From assembly GCA_950097015.1 (NCBI GenBank), contig CATNEN010000026.1, positions 1,612,001-1,676,000 on the forward strand: a stretch of DNA of 64,000 nucleotides, written 5' to 3'. This document shows, one piece after another, positions 61,101-64,000 of this stretch (its first letter is position 1; each line of letters opens with the position of its first letter). Source of the stretch: Macrostomum hystrix (lineage: Eukaryota > Animalia > Platyhelminthes). The position numbers and the translations under genes were made by a program. A model generated the notes under the pieces. It had not been told where the DNA came from. It did not search any database and was given only the letters and a program-made list of their open reading frames with translations.

Positions 61101-63724
61101 ACAGTGGTGGTGGCAGTGGACGACGAACGGATCTTCGAGCAGACATTTTTATGCAAGGTGAGAAATATAAAGCTCTAAATCTGTTTGATATTTCTTAGGT
61201 CAAGAAAATTAAAAATCTGGAAAGCCTAAATTTCTGCGAAAAATTTTATTCACAGACTGCGGTGGCTTCATCCGTAGTGCCACTTACGACGTTGACTTCA
61301 CCTCCATCCCGGCGCAGAACACGGCAAACGGTACCCAATGCGCTTGGACTTTTGGTCACGCACAAGTGGAGCATCCGAGCATTGTGCATAACCTGACTGT
61401 GTTGGCTAGTAACGTGTCCAGCTCAAGCTCCTGTCGAGAGCTAGTCAGAGTGGATTTGATGCAGTCCGAACTGCACGGCAGCGACTTGACAGCCAGCTAT
61501 AGTCGCGTCTTCGACTCCTGTCGCGAGGCCTCTCTACCTATTGGAAGGATATTTTTGCAGAGAGCCTCAATGCTCAAACTATCCTACCAGTCATACCTGA
61601 GCACAAATGGTCACCTATCGGCGCGATATCAGTCCCACATGAGCGACTCGGGCAGCTGTGTTAAGACGGTATCTGGGCGCAGCGGCAACTTGAGCTCGGA
61701 CAATTTCCCACGAGCTTATGAGCAGCGCAACTGCACTTGGATCATTCACTCTGAAGAGGGCACGGTTCTGAGGCTCAGCTTCTTTAATGAAAATTTCGGT
61801 GTCGGCATGACCGGGCAGTGCGACAGAACTGTGAGTATGGAATTCTCTAAGACCACGGAGTCTATTTGCCTCTCTCGGGTTGGGGGCATGTCGTGCAATT
61901 TACGTCTTGGAGGGCCAACCTCCAATGTACAGTGAAAGTATACACTGCCTGACGATGAGAAAGTCAGGGCAGAAGTACAAACCTGCGTGCGTGTGTGCCT
62001 GCATACGGTATCTGTGTGCGTGTGTGCTCAGGAGTCAGCGAAATGAGCAGTATCGCCCTCTCGCTGGCTGCCGGTCCACTGTGACCAAGTGATATCATTA
62101 TTATTTTTATTAGTATATTTCGGTATTGTTCTCTCTATCGAAACCTAAATCAATGAGGTATTTTTCTACGAGTGTATACTGTGCTTTAACTTATGTCAAA
62201 TCAAAACATCATTTTCGCAGGACCGGCTTGAAGTGTGGGATCCGAATGGCTCGAATGGAATGGTTAAACTGCTGAGTTACTGCCACACGTCACAGGCTCC
62301 TAGTAGTGCTGTCAGATCCAACAGCAATGAACTGATGGTCCGCCTGGTGTCAGCTAGCAGTCATCCGGGTACTGGATTCAAAGCTCAATACAGAACCCAG
62401 TGCTGGAGGAACCTGCGCCGGTCAACCGATTCGGTGCTCCACGACGGCAGGGACCAAGTTGGCAGAACCTGCACCTACGCAGTAAACACAGGATCAGATG
62501 ACACTGTCACGCTCACGTTTCAAAGATTGAATCTGATAGACGGCTCCTTGATAGTATTACCCAGACGGCACTACAGGATTTACAGTAGCATTTCCTACAA
62601 AACTAGCGATGGTTTTGTGCGGCGAGCCGCCTACGTGTACATCGACTCAAGGAATCAGGCCAGGTTTCGAAATGCGCTGCTCTTCAGCTCCGGCGGAATC
62701 AGTGTTGTGTATAGGGGACCGGCGTCTCAGCGTCGCGTGAGGTCGGGCCAGTTTCGCTTCAGATACAGCATTGAGCGTGAGCACTTTTTCAATATCTAGG
62801 GCGACCTGACTACATTGTCTTCGATGTGTCCTACATTTTTTTAATTAAATAAATAAATCAATCAAAAAACTATTTTCAGGATGCAACGAAAATATTACAT
62901 TGACGGAAGGAGCCGTGCATCATATCAAGAACCCCTTTAAGACTACGAGGTACTCCTTTTTCTGTCGCAGCCACATTACAATACCGCAAAATGATCGCCT
63001 GTTTGTTAGGTAAGCTTTCATATTATAAGGATCGGAATGTTAAAATTATGGTCAAGAGAATCAATAAAAGTTTGACTCCCAATGTGGACAGTCAAAGAAT
63101 TTTTTTTTTGCCCTTTCTAAGATTCTTTCGCCTAAAATTTCAGTCTTCGTGTCCTACTGCCACCCAACTATCAGAAAGCGTGCAGTCAGTTCAATGGCAA
63201 GCGCATTGTCACTGTGCCAGAGGCGCAGAACAGCAGCCTGAGCTACTATGAGCTAGTCAACTCAAACTCCATTGAGCACAATGTTTGCATAGACAGCTCA
63301 TGGAACTCGCACTGGTGGTACACAGATGAGCGGCAGTACTCCGTGTACCAGATTAGTACAAGCATGGACTCTGTATACTCGTCCATCACGGTCGATTTAA
63401 CACTTTTCATAATGCCTGGTATGTATTCGTATCGTCTTTCACGGAACATTTTTTGTTTAAACTGTGTACTTGTAAAGTATTTTACAGCGCAATCACAATA
63501 CGCTTTAGTATATTCTTACGCATACGGCTATTATAAAAAATTAAAACACAGGACCAAACAGAGGCTGCGGTGCCAATGTACAAGCGTCAGAGTCATGGCA
63601 AGCTGTCAACTGGAACCCGCAGGCCCTCAGTGCCATCAACAGGCACGTGCTGTGCATCTACCGTATTAGTGCAGGTCCGAATCAACTCGTAGAGCTGCGA
63701 ACCAATGAGAGCCTCAACTGGTGG
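37124..63724 (+). CDS. CUBN: Cubilin-like receptor (signal peptide, N-terminal region plus coiled coil, 8 EGF, about 24 CUB-like domains); 3' end outside window
   Basis: 41 phase-consistent GT-AG exons: 37124-37200, 39316-39445, 40107-40322, 41703-41834, 41914-42071, 42403-43009, 43230-43529, 44078-44282, 44715-44956, 45044-45224, 45686-45858, 46278-46437, 47010-47206, 48205-48379, 50028-50274, 50635-50943, 51120-51465, 51737-51941, 52792-52964, 53086-53260, 53775-54137, 54760-54938, 55577-55808, 55935-56045, 56447-56689, 56802-56943, 57278-57668, 57765-57948, 58025-58231, 58356-58508, 58770-59304, 59397-59590, 59666-60025, 60136-60522, 60684-60917, 60990-61157, 61256-61830, 62221-62776, 62880-63009, 63144-63418, 63552-63724. 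Exon 2 PKIFSSQGNLFIVAKNGKNIEFKTKNTGQI resembles the cubilin N-terminus ([25 protein letters not shown]). Eight EGF repeats followed by tandem CUBs is the cubilin architecture. Confidence 0.9.
37269..39205. repeat. 12-bp minisatellite (agaacagtagct)n, about 160 copies, cubilin intron 1
   Basis: Direct reading; source of the spurious 657-aa RTVA ORF. Confidence 0.98.
39470..40052. repeat. 17-bp minisatellite (ggggatcagtctgaaat)n, cubilin intron 2
   Basis: Direct reading. Confidence 0.97.
40361..41371. repeat. 20-bp minisatellite (cattccccatattacttaca)n, cubilin intron 3
   Basis: Direct reading. Confidence 0.97.
42081..42398 (-). mobile_element. tRNA-derived SINE family 2 making up essentially all of cubilin intron 5
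   Basis: Head GGGGGTGAGTAGCTGAGCGG at 42398; (ATG/ATT)n tail at 42081-42130; aligns with 28797-29175; 13-bp TSD tcaggtg(g/t)gacca at 42068-42080 and 42399-42411. Confidence 0.9.
43020..43160. repeat. Imperfect purine-rich repeat of about 30 bp (ggggagggaaatgaaagacacacttagga) x about 4, cubilin intron 6
   Basis: Direct reading. Confidence 0.8.
43537..44064. repeat. 32-bp minisatellite (ctcaatgattcactcatttctaatctctgtca)n, cubilin intron 7
   Basis: Direct reading. Confidence 0.97.
44333..44678. repeat. 9-bp satellite (tacagtgag)n, cubilin intron 8
   Basis: Direct reading. Confidence 0.97.
46471..46968. repeat. 43-44-bp minisatellite (ggaggaggaggggagagtggcagcccattatcaacagactcgg), cubilin intron 12
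   Basis: Direct reading. Confidence 0.96.
47256..48040. repeat. 16-bp minisatellite (ctacacatctatcaag)n, cubilin intron 13
   Basis: Direct reading. Confidence 0.96.
48575..48715 (+). mobile_element. SINE family 1, 3' fragment
   Basis: ccccagtccatggact...gcagccttcagatgc...ggctgtgctgtcggctgcacatct...ggggcaggtg is the reverse complement of the 32106/33313 copies. Confidence 0.8.
48855..49085. mobile_element. Second copy of the dispersed repeat seen at 5700-5939
   Basis: Shared blocks in the same order and orientation. Confidence 0.6.
49296..49940. repeat. 23-bp minisatellite (accgatgagtcactccaatatga)n, cubilin intron 14
   Basis: Direct reading; degenerate relatives at 45859-45990. Confidence 0.95.
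50944..51050 (+). mobile_element. SINE family 2, 3' fragment starting at the donor of cubilin intron 16
   Basis: gagtcagcgaa...gcagaattgcctcct...gcgaccctccaggaattattcttatcatt matches the SINE2 3' end. Confidence 0.65.
51481..51714. repeat. 16-bp minisatellite (tagatgtgtagcttgg)n, reverse complement of the 47256-48040 family, cubilin intron 17
   Basis: Direct reading. Confidence 0.96.
52015..52722. repeat. Degenerate repeat of about 24 bp (ggtggtttccatagatccaatcac), cubilin intron 18
   Basis: Direct reading. Confidence 0.9.
53388..53738. repeat. (CCTCT)n/(CCAAT) microsatellite, cubilin intron 20
   Basis: Direct reading. Confidence 0.95.
54210..54722. repeat. 30-bp minisatellite (gacatttgaccttcccatgaaaccactagt), cubilin intron 21
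   Basis: Direct reading. Confidence 0.93.
55035..55460. repeat. 45-bp minisatellite (agatctactagattcgaatagtcgagagactagacgtgagggaag), cubilin intron 22
   Basis: Direct reading. Confidence 0.95.
61870..62110 (+). mobile_element. SINE family 2, 5'-truncated copy in cubilin intron 37
   Basis: tcgtgcaatttacg...gagggccaacctccaa...acactgcctgacgatgagaaagtcaggg...gtgcctgcatacggtatctgtg, the reverse complement of the 28797 copy; ATT tail. Confidence 0.85.
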
Positions 63725-64000
63725 GTGAGTATAAAGACCATCTTTAGGTACCTATTTCGGGTCTGTCCGTTCGAAAATTAGATGATTAGCATCACGAAAG
63801 GGCCTAAAAACTGGCTTTATAAGTGCAGTGTTCCAACAGTAGTAAGACCACGCTGTTTATCCCAGGGAAAGATCACGGCCCACTGCCTACTTCACGATAG
63901 CTCTCGAAACCGAATGACTGATTTTCGTGAAAGTCCACCATTTGGATCAACATTTTCCGCCATTTACGATGAACTCACTTTCAAAGCCGTCCGAGTCAGC

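Overview
Eukaryotic (invertebrate) genomic DNA with spliceosomal GT-AG introns and many different minisatellites. Gene content and repeat style suggest a free-living flatworm such as Macrostomum (inference, not verified). I assembled four protein-coding genes by hand with consistent exon phases. They are a 7-cadherin-repeat protocadherin (+, 4260-10669, 8 exons), a three-exon LAMTOR1/p18-like gene not recoverable from the ORF track (-, 14832-15972), an intronless rhodopsin-class GPCR (-, 30107-31345), and a cubilin-like gene (+, 37124 to beyond the window end, 41 exons seen, 8 EGF and about 24 CUB-like domains). Mobile DNA includes two tRNA-derived SINE families, RTE-like LINE remnants, a tandem non-autonomous LTR element with a recombinant middle LTR, a fold-back DNA element and MITE-like elements. 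The top observation is cubilin intron 5 (42072-42402). It consists of one antisense SINE plus its 13-bp target-site duplication, and that duplication supplies both splice sites, so it looks like an intron created by SINE insertion. Most long ORFs in the track are translations of tandem repeats.
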